NCBI GenBank assembly: GCA_963730555.1
Contig: CAVSSS010000013.1
Location: forward strand, 87,695-151,694
Direction: 5' to 3'
DNA from: an uncultured Alphaproteobacteria bacterium
Lineage (GTDB): Bacteria > Pseudomonadota > Alphaproteobacteria > Rhizobiales > Beijerinckiaceae
Length of the DNA stretch: 64,000 bases
A program made the position numbers and the translations under genes. The notes under the pieces were generated by a model that was given only the letters and a program-made list of their open reading frames with translations, did no database searches and was not told the origin of the DNA. Below are positions 1 through 12,899 of this stretch, in pieces. The first letter of the stretch is position 1; every line of letters begins with the position of its first letter.

Positions 1-197
1 TGATCCCAATCGAAGCGCTCTCCGGTGGGCTCCTGCGCCCGAGAATTCCGGATTTCGCTCTGCAGGCGCAGAGTCAGCAAACCTAAGCCACGGATTTGCT
101 GCGCTTCCTCCATTTTGACGAGACCTAAACTTCGCTTTGCTATAACAGACCCCGACTTTTCCCGCGACCGCTCGAGGGGTCGCGCTGAGGATCGTTG

Positions 198-1286
198 ATG
201 GTGTGGTTCGTCCTGGCAGGAATGGCGGCTTGCGTGGTCCTGGCCGCGCTTTGGCCGTTGCTTCGCCCGTCGCCGCCCATGAAAGCGGACCCCGCGGCGA
301 ACGAAGCCGCGTTCTATAAGGCCCAACTCGAGGAAATCCGGCGCGACGTCGAGCGTGGCCTCCTGCCGCAAGGGGAGGCGGAGGGCGCCCGCGCCGAGGC
401 CGCGCGCCGGCTGATCGCGGCGTCTGACGCCTCCGAAGCGCCTTTGCCCGCCCGGCGCACTCGCCTCGCTGCGGCGGCGCTGATCGCCATCGGGCTGCCG
501 GCCATCGCCTTTCCGCTCTATGCGCGGCTCGGCCAGCCCATGATGCCCGATGAGCCGCTGGCGAGCCGCAAGGTCGCGCCGCAGTCGAATGGCGAGATCG
601 AGGCGGCGGTGGCGGCGGTCGAGGCGCGGCTCACCGCCAAGCCCGATGACGGCAAAGGCTGGGCGGTGATCGCGCCGGTCTACATGCGGCTTGAGCGCTA
701 TTCGGACGCCGCGCACGCCTATGCCGAGGCGCTGCGCATTCTCGGCGAAGACCCCTTGCGGCGCTCCGCTTACGGCGAGGCTCTGGTCGCGGCCGCCGGG
801 GGCGTGGTCACGGACGAAGCCCGCCAGGCGTTCGACCGGGCGCTCGCCGAGCAGCCCGGCCAGCCGCAGGCGCGCTATTACGTCGCGCTCGCCGCCGAAC
901 AGGACGGGAAGAAAGCGGACGCTATTCGCGATTACGAGCAGCTCGCCGCCGATTCGCCGCCCGACGCCCCTTGGCGGGGTCTGGTGAACGCGCGCCTCGC
1001 GGCGCTCGAGGGCGCGCCCGCGCCTGCAACGGACGCCGCCGCCATTCCCGAGGCGCAACGGCCGATGATCGAGGGCATGGTGTCGAAACTCGCGACGCGG
1101 CTCGCCAGCAGTGGCGGCGGCGTCGACGAATGGTCGCGCCTTATTCGCGCCTATACCGTGCTGCATGAGGCCGACAAGGCCAAGGCGGCGCTCGCCAGCG
1201 CGCGCAAGGCGCTCGCGCCCGACGCCAACGCGGTCGCGAGCCTCGATGCGCTGGCGCGCGACCTCGGCCTCGGAGACGCCAATTGA
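198..1286 (+). CDS. ccmI: c-type cytochrome biogenesis protein CcmI/CycH
   Basis: N-terminal [20 protein letters not shown] motif, TPR-like C-terminus; first gene of the ccmIEFH cluster. Confidence 0.92.
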   Translation: MVWFVLAGMAACVVLAALWPLLRPSPPMKADPAANEAAFYKAQLEEIRRDVERGLLPQGEAEGARAEAARRLIAASDASEAPLPARRTRLAAAALIAIGLPAIAFPLYARLGQPMMPDEPLASRKVAPQSNGEIEAAVAAVEARLTAKPDDGKGWAVIAPVYMRLERYSDAAHAYAEALRILGEDPLRRSAYGEALVAAAGGVVTDEARQAFDRALAEQPGQPQARYYVALAAEQDGKKADAIRDYEQLAADSPPDAPWRGLVNARLAALEGAPAPATDAAAIPEAQRPMIEGMVSKLATRLASSGGGVDEWSRLIRAYTVLHEADKAKAALASARKALAPDANAVASLDALARDLGLGDAN

Positions 1287-1735
1287 CCCGTCGCGGCCGC
1301 CGCCTTGCACTGATTGCCGCCGCCCTCGCGGTCGTCGGCGCAGCGGCTGGCATTTCGCTTTACGCGCTGAGCGACAGCATCGTGTTCTTCCTGAGCCCCT
1401 CCGAGGTCGTCCAGAAATCCGTTGCCCCCGGCGCGCGGCTGCGTATCGGCGGTCTGGTGAAGACGGGCTCGCTCGTGAAATCGGCGGACCAGAACGTGGC
1501 GTTCGTCCTGACCGACGGCGCGCATGATCTCAAAGTCGCCTATCAGGGCCTCTTGCCGGACTTGTTCCGCGAGGGCCAGGGCGTGGTCGCCGAAGGCGTG
1601 CTCGAGGGGCCGGGACAGATGCGCGCCGACACAATCCTCGCCAAGCATGACGAGCGCTACATGCCACGCGAGGTCGTCGACGCGCTCAAGAAACAGGGGC
1701 GTTGGCAGGAAGGAACGACGGCGGCCACGCAATGA
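1283..1735 (+). CDS. ccmE: heme chaperone CcmE
   Basis: [12 protein letters not shown] and [10 protein letters not shown] heme-binding motifs. Confidence 0.96.
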   Translation: MTRRGRRLALIAAALAVVGAAAGISLYALSDSIVFFLSPSEVVQKSVAPGARLRIGGLVKTGSLVKSADQNVAFVLTDGAHDLKVAYQGLLPDLFREGQGVVAEGVLEGPGQMRADTILAKHDERYMPREVVDALKKQGRWQEGTTAATQ

Positions 1736-3717
1736 TTGTCGAGATCGGCCATTTCGCCCTCGTGCTCGCGCTCGCGGCTGCGCTCGCCCAGACGATCGTC
1801 CCGTTCTGGGGCGCGCGTATTGGCGACATCGGACTCATGACCGTCGGGCGCAACGCGGCGCTGCTCCAACTCGCGCTGATCGCGGTCGCCTTCGCCGCGC
1901 TCGTCAATGCGCACCTGACTTCGGACTTTTCCGTTCTCAACGTCGCGGAGAACTCGAACGTGGCGATGCCCGCGATCTACAAGGTCTCCGGCGTCTGGGG
2001 AAACCACGAAGGCTCGATGTTGCTGTGGGTTTTCATTCTCGCGATCTTCGGCGCGCTTGTGGCTTTGTTCGGCCGCGCGCTGCCGGCGAAGCTCCGCGCT
2101 GACGCGCTCGCCGTGCAGGGCCTGATCAGCCTCGCCTTCCTCGCCTTCATTCTCTTGACCTCGAACCCGTTCGAGCGCCTCGCGCCGGCCCCGTTCGAGG
2201 GACGCGACCTCAATCCGATTCTGCAGGACCCCGGCCTCGCCATCCATCCCCCGATGCTCTATCTCGGCTATGTCGGCTTCTCGATCGTCTATTCGTTCGC
2301 CGCCGCGGCCTTGATCGAAGGCCGGATCGACGCGGCCTGGGCGCGTTTCGTTCGCCCGTTCACGCTCGTCGCATGGAGCTTCCTCACGCTCGGTATCGCC
2401 GCCGGCTCCTTCTGGGCCTATTACACGCTCGGCTGGGGCGGCTTCTGGTTCTGGGATCCGGTTGAGAACGCCTCCCTCATGCCGTGGCTCGCGGGCACGG
2501 CCTTCCTCCATTCGGTCGCGGTGATGGAGAAGCGCGACGCCTTGAAAGTCTGGACGATCTTTCTCGCCATCCTCGCCTTCTCCTTTTCGCTGCTCGGCAC
2601 CTTTCTCGTGCGCTCGGGCGTGCTGACCTCGGTGCACGCCTTCGCCAACGATCCGCGGCGCGGCGTCTTCATCCTCGCGATTCTGGCGATGTTCATTTGC
2701 GGTTCGTTCGCCCTGTTCGCGTGGCGCGCGCCGATGCTCAAGCAGGGCGGACTGTTCGCCCCGATCTCGCGCGAGGGCGCGTTGGTCGTCAACAATCTGC
2801 TTTTGACGACCGCATGCGCGACCGTGCTGTTCGGCACCCTCTATCCGCTCGCGCTCGAGCAACTGACGGGCGAGAAGATCACCGTCGGCGCGCCCTTCTT
2901 CAATCTTACCTGCGGGACGCTCTTGCTCACCGCCTGCTTTGTCGCGCCGTTCGGCTTCTCGCTGGCGTGGAAGCGCGGGGACCTATTAGGCGTCGCGCAG
3001 CGGCTTGCCTTCGCCATCATTGTCGGCGCTGTGACGGCGATCGTTGGCGTGAGCTGGCTCAGCGGCGCGCCGATTTTTGCGCCGCTCGCCATGGGGCTCG
3101 CGATCTTCGTCATCCTCGGCACGCTGATCGAAGTCGTCCTGCGGGCGTGGCGCCCGGGGCTGACGACTGGTGTGGCGATCAAGCGTTCGCTTGGCCTGCC
3201 TTTGTCGTTCTTCGGCGGCGCGCTCGCGCATCTCGGCCTCGGCGTGACGTTGCTCGGCCTTTCGGGTCTCGGCTTCGGCGCCGAGACGATTGCGACGCTG
3301 CACAAAGGCGTGCCCGCTGAGATCGGACCCTATTCGGTGACGCTCAATTCGGTCGGCGAGCGCGTTGGGCCGAACTATAAGGAGACGGTCGCCTCCGTGA
3401 CCGTGCGCTCGGGCGACCGAATCGTCGCTGAGATCGAGCCGGCGCGCCGCCAATTCGCAACGCGAGAGGTGAGCACGACCCAGGCGGGCCTGAAGACGCT
3501 CAATTTCGGGCAGGTCTATGTCTCGATCGCCGACCCGGCGCCGGACGGCAGCGTGCCTGCGCGCCTCTACTGGAAGCCGCTGGTCACGCTGATCTGGCTC
3601 GGGGGCGCCGCCATGGCGCTCGGCGGCGCCCTGTCGCTCGCGGATCGGCGGCTACGCTTCGGCGTCGCTGCGAGGGCGAAGGCCAGCGCGCGCTCGCTGC
3701 CGCAGCCGGCAGAGTGA
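1732..3717 (+). CDS. ccmF: heme lyase subunit CcmF
   Basis: [12 protein letters not shown] (WWD) motif, many TMs, ATGA overlap with the ccmE stop. Confidence 0.97.
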   Translation: MIVEIGHFALVLALAAALAQTIVPFWGARIGDIGLMTVGRNAALLQLALIAVAFAALVNAHLTSDFSVLNVAENSNVAMPAIYKVSGVWGNHEGSMLLWVFILAIFGALVALFGRALPAKLRADALAVQGLISLAFLAFILLTSNPFERLAPAPFEGRDLNPILQDPGLAIHPPMLYLGYVGFSIVYSFAAAALIEGRIDAAWARFVRPFTLVAWSFLTLGIAAGSFWAYYTLGWGGFWFWDPVENASLMPWLAGTAFLHSVAVMEKRDALKVWTIFLAILAFSFSLLGTFLVRSGVLTSVHAFANDPRRGVFILAILAMFICGSFALFAWRAPMLKQGGLFAPISREGALVVNNLLLTTACATVLFGTLYPLALEQLTGEKITVGAPFFNLTCGTLLLTACFVAPFGFSLAWKRGDLLGVAQRLAFAIIVGAVTAIVGVSWLSGAPIFAPLAMGLAIFVILGTLIEVVLRAWRPGLTTGVAIKRSLGLPLSFFGGALAHLGLGVTLLGLSGLGFGAETIATLHKGVPAEIGPYSVTLNSVGERVGPNYKETVASVTVRSGDRIVAEIEPARRQFATREVSTTQAGLKTLNFGQVYVSIADPAPDGSVPARLYWKPLVTLIWLGGAAMALGGALSLADRRLRFGVAARAKASARSLPQPAE

Positions 3718-3720
3718 CGC

Positions 3721-4431
3721 ATGCGCTGGCTGCGCCCTAGGCAACCGGCGGTCAGTCCGCGCCGGCGGTCCCCACCCTGGGGAAGGTTTCAAGGCGGGCG
3801 TCATCGCGAGGAGCGAAGCGACGCGGCGATCCAGAAGTCGCGAGGCGCTCCAGGTTCCCCTGGATTGCTTCGCCACAGCCCGTCCGGAAGGACGGGCGTC
3901 TTTCGACGCCCTATCGCTCGCAACGACGATCGTGGTTTGACCCAATCCCGCTTTGGTCTAGCGTCGGGAGGAAGGATTCTCTTCGTCCTTGCGCTCCTCG
4001 CCACCCTCGTCGGCCCCGCGCTCGCCGTGCAGCCGGACGAGGTGATGAAGGACCCGGCGCTCGAGGCGCGCGCTCGGGCGCTCTCGAGCGAATTGCGCTG
4101 CCTTGTCTGCCAGAACGAATTGATCGACGATTCCGAGGCGCCGCTGGCCCGCGACATCCGCATCCTCATCCGCGAGCGCATCGGCAAGGGCGAAAGCAAC
4201 GACGCCGTGCGCGACTATCTCGTTTCGCGCTACGGCGATTTCATTCTCTTGAAGCCCCCGTTCAAGCCGGAGACGCTGCTTTTGTGGCTGAGCCCCCTGC
4301 TCGTTCTCGGCCTTGGCGTGGGCGCCGCGCTTTTCGCCCACCGCCGCGCGCCAAGCGTAACGCCGCGTCTGACCGCCGAGGAGGAAGCGCGGCTCGCGGC
4401 GCTGACCAACAGCGATGCAAGCGGCAGGTGA
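3721..4431 (+). CDS. ccmH: CcmH/CycL with an in-frame palindromic-repeat insertion in the N-terminus (start uncertain)
   Basis: LRCLVCQN CxxC motif and LVSRYGDFILLKPP; about residues 20-80 derive from the repeat. Confidence 0.9.
   Translation: MRWLRPRQPAVSPRRRSPPWGRFQGGRHREERSDAAIQKSRGAPGSPGLLRHSPSGRTGVFRRPIARNDDRGLTQSRFGLASGGRILFVLALLATLVGPALAVQPDEVMKDPALEARARALSSELRCLVCQNELIDDSEAPLARDIRILIRERIGKGESNDAVRDYLVSRYGDFILLKPPFKPETLLLWLSPLLVLGLGVGAALFAHRRAPSVTPRLTAEEEARLAALTNSDASGR
3777..3961. repeat. composite palindromic repeat, copy A (contains the 44-bp module at 3873-3916)
   Basis: GTCATCGCGAG...CTCGCAACGAC inverted repeat, right end GGTCTAG; core is nearly the reverse complement of the 55843-56018 copy; left boundary approximate. 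Confidence 0.85.
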
Positions 4432-4485
4432 CGTCCCGAGGCGTCTCGTCCTGAGGCGCGCCGCTGACGCGGAGCGCCTTGAGAC

Positions 4486-4911
4486 ATGAGCGAGTGGCGT
4501 CAGCCAATCGCTCTCGCTGCGGCCGTCTTTGTCTCGGCGCTGTCGACTTCGGCGTTGGCGACCTCATGCAGCCGTGAGGTCGTCGCGCAAATCCGATTCA
4601 CTGGACGTCAGGCGTGCTGGGCCTATCGCGGCGCCGCCACCCTGTTCATCGGCAAATTCTCGAACGGGCAGACCATTTCGGCCCAAATGACCGGCGAGGC
4701 GACCGACTACGATCCACGCAGCGGGGGCGTCGCAACAGTCTCGCGGCCGCGCGATCCGAATGTCGAGGGGCCCGGAGGTTACTTCTATGGCGTACCGGAC
4801 GGGCCGGGGGTCATGACCTTTGTCGCGCCGGCGACCGGAACCTATCGCTTCAGTTTCTCGCCTTGCGCAATGTGGGGCGCGCCGGGGGTTGTCAGGATCT
4901 GCGCCCGCTGA
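4486..4911 (+). CDS. secreted hypothetical protein
   Basis: signal peptide ending SALA, several Cys, host-like codon usage. Confidence 0.65.
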   Translation: MSEWRQPIALAAAVFVSALSTSALATSCSREVVAQIRFTGRQACWAYRGAATLFIGKFSNGQTISAQMTGEATDYDPRSGGVATVSRPRDPNVEGPGGYFYGVPDGPGVMTFVAPATGTYRFSFSPCAMWGAPGVVRICAR

Positions 4912-4940
4912 GCTGTATAGGCTTCGCGTGTCGATGAACG

Positions 4941-5772
4941 TCAAGCGTCGGACAGAATCGCGGCCTGTTCGGAGACCTCGTAGGTCCAGACTCTGGAAGG
5001 ACTTCAGGGCATGGGGTCCGAACGAGTTGATGAGCGGGATATCCGCCGCGTCCCGGCCTCGCGCGACAACGATCCTGCCAATCCGCGGGATATTGTTGCG
5101 AGGATCGAAAGTCCACCACGACCCGTCTAGGAACACCTCGATCCAGGCGCTGAAATCCATCGGATCGACCACCGGCACGCCTATGTCGCCAAGGTGGCCA
5201 TTGACGTAGCGCGCCGGAATGTTGAGGCAACGGCAAAGCGTGACCGCGAGATGCGCGAAATCGCGGCAGACGCCGATCCGCTCCTCGAACGCCTCGAACG
5301 CGGTCCTCGTTGATCGCGCCTGCTGATAGTCAAACTTAATGTGCTGATGGACGAAATCGCACACAGCCTGCACGCGCCCCCAGCCGGGCGGGATGTTTCC
5401 GAACAAGTCCCAAGCCGCCTGGCTCAGCTTGTCGGTCTCGCAATATCGGCTCCCCATCAGATAGATGAGGCAGGAGTCGGGGAGTTCCGCCACGGGCACT
5501 TCACTTGCGGCAAAGTTCGCAGGGTCGATCTTGCCATCGTCTTCGATCGTAGCGTCGCCCCAAATTGCGAGGTCGCCGGCAGGCGCGACCAGTCTGCGGC
5601 AACGATTGCCGAACGTGTCGAGATAGGTGGTCGTCGGAACGATCGGCGTCGTAAAGACCTTTTCGGCGACGCGTATATCCGCCTTCCGATCTTCGCTCAC
5701 GGACAAGAGGCAAACCATCGGAGTGGGCTGCGCGCAATTGATCGCGATTTCATACCCGTAACGGATCAGCAT
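4941..5772 (-). CDS. transglutaminase-like protein (apparent +1 frameshift near 4995)
   Basis: GVCRDFAHL catalytic motif and MDFSAWIEV; removing one base restores SFRVWTYEV and a stop at 4941. Confidence 0.88.
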
Positions 5773-5909
5773 TTGGCGCCAGCTCCTAAGGCGCCTTTCG
5801 AGACGCGACGAAAAGGCCTCCTCATCGCCAACCTCAAAACAGGCGACTCATCGACGGGACCATCAGGGCGACGCCGCGCCGACCGTCGAATTCGGCTTTG
5901 CCGACCGGG

Positions 5910-6275
5910 CTATTTCAGGTTGCCGAGCAGAGCGGCGCAAGCCTGAGACACACCGGAATCAGCAGCCTTGCTGCCCGGCATCACGGCCCAACCGCCCTTT
6001 TCGACATAGGCCGCCTGTTGCCAGGAGTCGGTCTTTTTTAGCGCCGTCAAGTTCGCAGCAGCGTCGGCGCTGCGTTGGAACTGGTCGACGCAGATCGGCG
6101 CGACCGCGGCGACCACGGCGCTGCTTGCCGTGTTGTCCGCCAGGGTCTTCGCCGAGCTTGCGAGCATCCAACCGCCCCAGCCGAAGCCAATGGCGACAGT
6201 CGCGACGACGCCGACGGCGGCGCCTTGCAAGAGCCGCTTCAGCGAGTCTCCCTGATACCAAGCTACATTTTGCAT
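5910..6275 (-). CDS. conserved-looking small membrane protein
   Basis: GGAGAGG RBS, TM segment ending GFGWGGW, Cys pair. Confidence 0.7.
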   Translation of the reverse strand: MQNVAWYQGDSLKRLLQGAAVGVVATVAIGFGWGGWMLASSAKTLADNTASSAVVAAVAPICVDQFQRSADAAANLTALKKTDSWQQAAYVEKGGWAVMPGSKAADSGVSQACAALLGNLK

Positions 6276-6382
6276 GAGCCTCTCCTCCCGATCGGGGCGG
6301 AAGGATTCCGCCCCTTCTGAGCATTGGGCGACACGTCGCGTTGGAGCCGTCGCCGAGGCTCGGTCTTCGCTTTATAACGCGG

Positions 6383-8038
<1,656 letters not shown>

Positions 8039-8055
8039 TCAATTGGTTGGTTTTT

Positions 8056-8382
8056 TTAGGCGGCCCTCTTGGACGTTGTCTTGGGCGCGCTCGCGCCTTC
8101 GATCACGCCCATGACGTCGGTCTCCTTCATGATCAGGAGCTCCTCGCCGTCGATCTTCACTTCCGTGCCCGACCACTTGCCGAAGAGGATGCGTTCGCCG
8201 GGCTTAAGCTCGGTCGGGACGAGTTTGCCGTTCTCGTCGCGGGCGCCGGGTCCCACAGCCACGACCTCGCCCTCCTGCGGCTTCTCCTTGACGGTGTCGG
8301 GAATGATGATGCCGCCCTTCGTCTTGTCTTCAGCCTCGATGCGGCGGACGACGACGCGGTCGTGTAACGGTCGAAATTTCAT
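8056..8382 (-). CDS. groS: co-chaperonin GroES
   Basis: [12 protein letters not shown] and KGGIIIPDT motifs. Confidence 0.99.
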   Translation of the reverse strand: MKFRPLHDRVVVRRIEAEDKTKGGIIIPDTVKEKPQEGEVVAVGPGARDENGKLVPTELKPGERILFGKWSGTEVKIDGEELLIMKETDVMGVIEGASAPKTTSKRAA

Positions 8383-8473
8383 GGAGTATCGCTTTCAGTC
8401 GAGCCGCTTCGCCGGCCTGGGATCATGCCCTAGCTCTCGGCGGCGATCGACGACATCGCATACATAGCTATCG

Positions 8474-8500
8474 TTAGCACTCATTGCAAGGGAGTGCTAA
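8474..8500. promoter_or_regulatory. CIRCE element (HrcA operator)
   Basis: perfect TTAGCACTC-N9-GAGTGCTAA upstream of groES; overlaps a minus-strand CTTGCA-N17-CTATGT promoter-like pair. Confidence 0.97.
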
Positions 8501-8556
8501 AGGCGCTCCGAACGGTCGGGCTCTGCCGGCTCAGGCTTTGGAGAAACGCGCTATGT

Positions 8557-8964
8557 TTAAGCGTGCATCCGCGCGCCTCTGGTGATCTTGTCGACGAGCT
8601 TCTTGTCCTCGCGCAGCGCAAGCCCGACGACGTTCATCGTCTCCGGCGCATATTGCCTGACGGTCGCGCGGTTGGCTGCGTCGTGGCCGGTCGCGAACAT
8701 GTCCTCGATATAGAGCGAGAAGCGGATGTGGCGCTCCATGGCGCGCCCATAGATCGTCTTTAGCGTCTCGCGGTCGGCGCTGAGAACGATCGTCGGCTGG
8801 ATGAGAAGCGGATTGTAGACGTTGCCGGCCGCGTCCTTGTAAGGCTCGCCGAGAAGGCCAGGATTGGCGCCGACCACGCCGCTCGTCAGAAAGGCCACGA
8901 CGTTGAGCTTCTGCCATGTCGCGAGATCCTCGCGCACGACGACCGAGATTTTCGTATCGAACAT
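8557..8964 (-). CDS. DUF2000 family protein
   Basis: MFDTKI..REDLATWQKLNV and FATGHDAANR motifs; AAGGAG RBS. Confidence 0.8.
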   Translation of the reverse strand: MFDTKISVVVREDLATWQKLNVVAFLTSGVVGANPGLLGEPYKDAAGNVYNPLLIQPTIVLSADRETLKTIYGRAMERHIRFSLYIEDMFATGHDAANRATVRQYAPETMNVVGLALREDKKLVDKITRGARMHA

Positions 8965-8973
8965 CGCTGCTCC

Positions 8974-10407
8974 TTAAACCTCACTCGCGCTCGCGCGGCC
9001 CACGCGATCGAGCCGCGCTCTTTCGCTGGCGACCGTCCGCTCGCGCAAGGAATTGTAGATCGGCGGATCCTTGACGAGCGTGGGCGCGAGCATCGCCATC
9101 GCGCAGGCGCCGAGCATCGGGAGCAGCATGGTGACGTCGGCCGTCATTTCGGTTGCGAGCACGATGCCGGTTAAGGGCGCGCGCACGATTCCGGTGAAGA
9201 GAGCGGCCATTCCCACAACCGCAAATCCTTCCGGCTGAACATCGAGGCCCGGAAATGCGAGCCGACAGGCCAATCCGAAGAACAATCCAAACTGCGCCCC
9301 GAGCGTGAGCAGGGGAGCAAACAGTCCGCCCGGGGTTCCGGCCGAATAGGAGAGCGCCCCGAGCGCGAACCTGATGAGAAAAATGAGCGGCAGCATGTCG
9401 AGCGTTCCCACGCCGAGCAGCGTCCGCTGCGTGATTGGATCGCCGCCGCCAACGAGACCGGGAAGGAACCAGGCCAGCGTTCCGACCGCAGCGCCGATCA
9501 GCGCCGCGCGCGCCTCCGCCGGCAACGGGCGCAGGCGATCGATCGTCGCCATCGTTCGCAAAAGCGTGCGATTGTAGATGACCGCGACAACGCCGGCCAA
9601 CGCCCCGAGAACAAAGAAGAGCGGCCGTATCGCCAAGCCTGGCGCGATCAGCGCGCCTACGTGGAAGTCCGGGGCTTCGCCCAGCATCGCGCGGGAGACC
9701 GAGATTGCGCTGGCAGAGGCGCTGAGCGCGGCGATCGCAATCCGCAATTCGAACCGCCGCACCAATTCCTCGAGCACGAAGATGGCTCCGGCGATCGGCG
9801 CGTTGAACGCGGTGGCGAGGCCCGCTCCGGCGCCGGCGGCGAGCAACACCCGACAATCGGGCCAGTCGCGCTGAAAGATCTTGCCGACGAGATGGCCCAC
9901 GGTCGCCGCCATGTGCACGCTCGGCCCCTCGCGGCCCAGCGCAAGTCCCGAACCGATCGCAAGCACGCCGCCGACGAACTTCACCGGAATGATGCGAAAC
10001 CGGGCCTCCGGCAATTGCCCGGTCAAGACGGCTTCGACACGGGGTATGCCGCTGCCGACCGCCTGGGGTGAGATGCGGCGCACCAGGAACGCCGCCGCCG
10101 CAGCCGCCGCGGCGCAGCCCACGATCACGAGCCAAATCTCCTTGGGCCCTTGCGCGTGCGCCCGGACGATGAGCGCGTCGCGCCATCGATCCGCCGCATC
10201 GAGCAGGAGCATGAAGAGGGCGACGCCGGCGCCGGAAATCGCGCCCACGATGAGCGCGAGAACCGTCAGGAGCGCGAGGCTGCCGCCCTCGCCTTCCGGT
10301 TCGCCCGCACCTCTCAGTTCCGCAATCATTCGCGCAGCCGGACTTCCCCTGCCAGGTGGTGAAAAAGAGGTGGTCGAAACCGCCAGCCCGTCACCCGCAG
10401 GCGGCAT
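8974..10407 (-). CDS. clcA: ClC-family H+/Cl- antiporter (start approximate)
   Basis: GSGIP, GREGP and GLFAP signature motifs. Confidence 0.92.
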   Translation of the reverse strand: MPPAGDGLAVSTTSFSPPGRGSPAARMIAELRGAGEPEGEGGSLALLTVLALIVGAISGAGVALFMLLLDAADRWRDALIVRAHAQGPKEIWLVIVGCAAAAAAAAFLVRRISPQAVGSGIPRVEAVLTGQLPEARFRIIPVKFVGGVLAIGSGLALGREGPSVHMAATVGHLVGKIFQRDWPDCRVLLAAGAGAGLATAFNAPIAGAIFVLEELVRRFELRIAIAALSASASAISVSRAMLGEAPDFHVGALIAPGLAIRPLFFVLGALAGVVAVIYNRTLLRTMATIDRLRPLPAEARAALIGAAVGTLAWFLPGLVGGGDPITQRTLLGVGTLDMLPLIFLIRFALGALSYSAGTPGGLFAPLLTLGAQFGLFFGLACRLAFPGLDVQPEGFAVVGMAALFTGIVRAPLTGIVLATEMTADVTMLLPMLGACAMAMLAPTLVKDPPIYNSLRERTVASERARLDRVGRASASEV

Positions 10408-10427
10408 GGCGGCTTTGAGCGCCGACC

Positions 10428-11051
10428 TTAAAGCTCGTCGCTCGGCCCCTCGTCCTTGGTCTCGTATTTCATGATGAGAGGCGCCTGGGCGAGCGCGAAC
10501 AGAAGGGTGAGCGGCAGGAAGCCGAAGGTCTTGAGCTTGACCCAGAGGTCGGTCGTTTGCGTGCGCCAGACGATCTCGTTGAGGATTGCGAGGCCGAGGA
10601 AGAAGAACGCCCAGCGCCAGCTGAGCTTGCGCCACCCTTCTTCGGTGACGTGCAGCGCGCCGTCGAACAGGATTTTGAGGAGCGGCTTCTTGAGCCAGAG
10701 GCCGACGAACAAAGCCGCGCCGAACAGAATGTAGAGCGCGGTCGGCTTGATCTTGATGAGGGTCTCGTCGTGAAAGATGAGGGTGAGCGAGCCGAAAATG
10801 AGGACGATCACCGCGGTCACGAGCGGCATGATCGGAATGCGCCTGAGCATCGCATAGGAGACGCCGAGCGTGACGAGGACGCCCGCCATCAGGATGCCGG
10901 TCGCGGCGAAGATGCCGACCCGCGAATAGACGATGAAGAAGAGCGCCAACGGCCCGAGTTCGAGCGCGAACTTGAGCATCGGATTGAGCGCCTTTCGCGG
11001 CGGCGCAGGGACGATTTCGGTCACCGGCGTTCTACTCGTAGGCGCCGTCAT
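10428..11051 (-). CDS. ispZ: inner membrane/septation protein IspZ (YciB)
   Basis: ELGPLALFF and IKIKPT motifs; follows ftsY. Confidence 0.9.
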   Translation of the reverse strand: MTAPTSRTPVTEIVPAPPRKALNPMLKFALELGPLALFFIVYSRVGIFAATGILMAGVLVTLGVSYAMLRRIPIMPLVTAVIVLIFGSLTLIFHDETLIKIKPTALYILFGAALFVGLWLKKPLLKILFDGALHVTEEGWRKLSWRWAFFFLGLAILNEIVWRTQTTDLWVKLKTFGFLPLTLLFALAQAPLIMKYETKDEGPSDEL

Positions 11052-12145
11052 GCGGCCTCTCTGTCGATCCCGGCGATCGCATCGGCGAAGTCGCGCGCGG
11101 TGAAGGGCTCAAGGTCGTCGACGCTCTCGCCGACGCCAATGAAATGGACGGGCAGCGCGAATTTGTCGGCGATCGCAACCAGAATGCCGCCGCGTGCGGT
11201 GCCGTCAAGCTTGGTCATCACAAGGCCGGTGACGCCTGCGGTGCGGCCGAAAATCTCGACCTGGTTCAGCGCATTTTGCCCGACCGTGGCGTCAAGCACG
11301 AGCAGCACAGCGTGCGGCGCGTCGGCGTCGACTTTGCGCATCACCCGGATGATTTTCTCAAGCTCGCTCATGAGTTCCGTGCGGTTCTGCAATCGCCCGG
11401 CAGTGTCCATGAGAACGACGTCGACGTTGAGCTCGCGGGCTTTTGTCAGCGCGTCGAAGGCGAGCCCCGCCGCGTCAGCGCCCTGGTCGCGCTCGACAAT
11501 CGCGGAAAAGGTGCGCCGCGCCCAGATGCGCAATTGCTCGATCGCGGCGGCGCGGAAGGTATCGCCAGCCGCGAGCAGGACCGCTTTGCCTTCGCCCCTG
11601 AACTTGGCGGCGAGCTTGCCGATGGTCGTCGTCTTGCCCGAGCCGTTGACGCCAATGACCAGGATCACGAACGGGCGCTTCAGCGGGTCGATCACCAGCG
11701 GGCGCGCCACGGGATCGAGCGCGCGCTCAACTTCGTCGGCGAGGATCTGCTTCACCTCGTCTGGACTGACGCCCCGCTCGTATCGCCCGCGGCCGACGGC
11801 GTCGCGAATGCGAGACGCCGCGGGGAGGCCGAGGTCAGCCTGAATGAGAATGTCCTCCAGATCGTCGAGCGAGGCGGCGTCGAGCTTGCGCTTGGTGAAA
11901 ATGTCGGTCACGCCGCGCGCGATCGTGGTTGACGAGCGCGAGAGGCCTGCCCGCAGGCGCTGGAGCCAGCTCAGCTTCGGCGCGGGCGCGGAGGGCGCCG
12001 CGGCGAGAGGGGGCGCCGCTTCAGCCGGCGGCTCGGCTTCGATCGCAGCCGGCGGGTAGATTGGCGCAGTCGCGGGCTCGGCGCCGCCGAACCACCGTCG
12101 CATGAGATGGGGTCTACCTTTCTTTTCGTTCTCGTCCGACGCCAC
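11048..12145 (-). CDS. ftsY: SRP receptor FtsY
   Basis: [22 protein letters not shown] and TKLDG motifs. Confidence 0.97.
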   Translation of the reverse strand: MASDENEKKGRPHLMRRWFGGAEPATAPIYPPAAIEAEPPAEAAPPLAAAPSAPAPKLSWLQRLRAGLSRSSTTIARGVTDIFTKRKLDAASLDDLEDILIQADLGLPAASRIRDAVGRGRYERGVSPDEVKQILADEVERALDPVARPLVIDPLKRPFVILVIGVNGSGKTTTIGKLAAKFRGEGKAVLLAAGDTFRAAAIEQLRIWARRTFSAIVERDQGADAAGLAFDALTKARELNVDVVLMDTAGRLQNRTELMSELEKIIRVMRKVDADAPHAVLLVLDATVGQNALNQVEIFGRTAGVTGLVMTKLDGTARGGILVAIADKFALPVHFIGVGESVDDLEPFTARDFADAIAGIDREAA

Positions 12146-12206
12146 AAAACCTCCTTTGAGCCCGACCTATGCGCGCGGGGCCGATGGTGGCATATCACTT
12201 CTCACC

Positions 12207-12899
12207 ATGACGCCGGAAGAAACGATAGCGCGGCTCATCTACCGCGACGGGATGATGCTTATCCTCAACAAGCCCGCCGGCGTCGCTGTTCACGCCGGTC
12301 CGAAAGGCGGAGCGAGCCTCGAGGACGATTTTGACGCCCTGCGCTTCGGCCTGCCGCGCAAGCCGTCGCTCGCGCACCGCCTCGACCGCGACACCGCGGG
12401 CTGCCTGGTGCTCGGGCGGCATCACAAGGCCTTAGAGAAACTAGGGCTCCTGTTCAAGCAGGGCAAGATCGCCAAAACTTATTGGGCGATTGTTGCAGGC
12501 ACGCCCAAAGACGAAGAGGGCGTCATCGATCTGCCTCTCGGCCGGCTCGACGATAAGCGGGGCTGGTGGATGAAGGTCGATCCGAAGGGTCAAAAGGCGC
12601 TGACGCTATGGCGCATCATGGGACGAGGGGAATGGCGCGGCGCGCCGATCGCATGGGCGGAGCTCGCGCCGCAGACGGGGCGCACGCATCAATTGCGCGT
12701 CCATTGCGCTTCCCAGGGCTGGCCAATTCTGGGCGACGCGATCTATGGCGAGCGCGCCGACGTTCCGCTCCAATTGCTGGCGCGCAAGGTCGTCGTGCCG
12801 CTCTCGAATTCGAAGCCGCCGATCGAGGTCGAGGCGCCCGCGCCGCCCCACATGCTAGAGGCGCTCGGTGCGTGCGGGTTTGGGGAGGAAGCGTTGTAG
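12207..12899 (+). CDS. RluA-family pseudouridine synthase
   Basis: NKPAG, HRLDRDT and [10 protein letters not shown] motifs. Confidence 0.93.
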   Translation: MTPEETIARLIYRDGMMLILNKPAGVAVHAGPKGGASLEDDFDALRFGLPRKPSLAHRLDRDTAGCLVLGRHHKALEKLGLLFKQGKIAKTYWAIVAGTPKDEEGVIDLPLGRLDDKRGWWMKVDPKGQKALTLWRIMGRGEWRGAPIAWAELAPQTGRTHQLRVHCASQGWPILGDAIYGERADVPLQLLARKVVVPLSNSKPPIEVEAPAPPHMLEALGACGFGEEAL

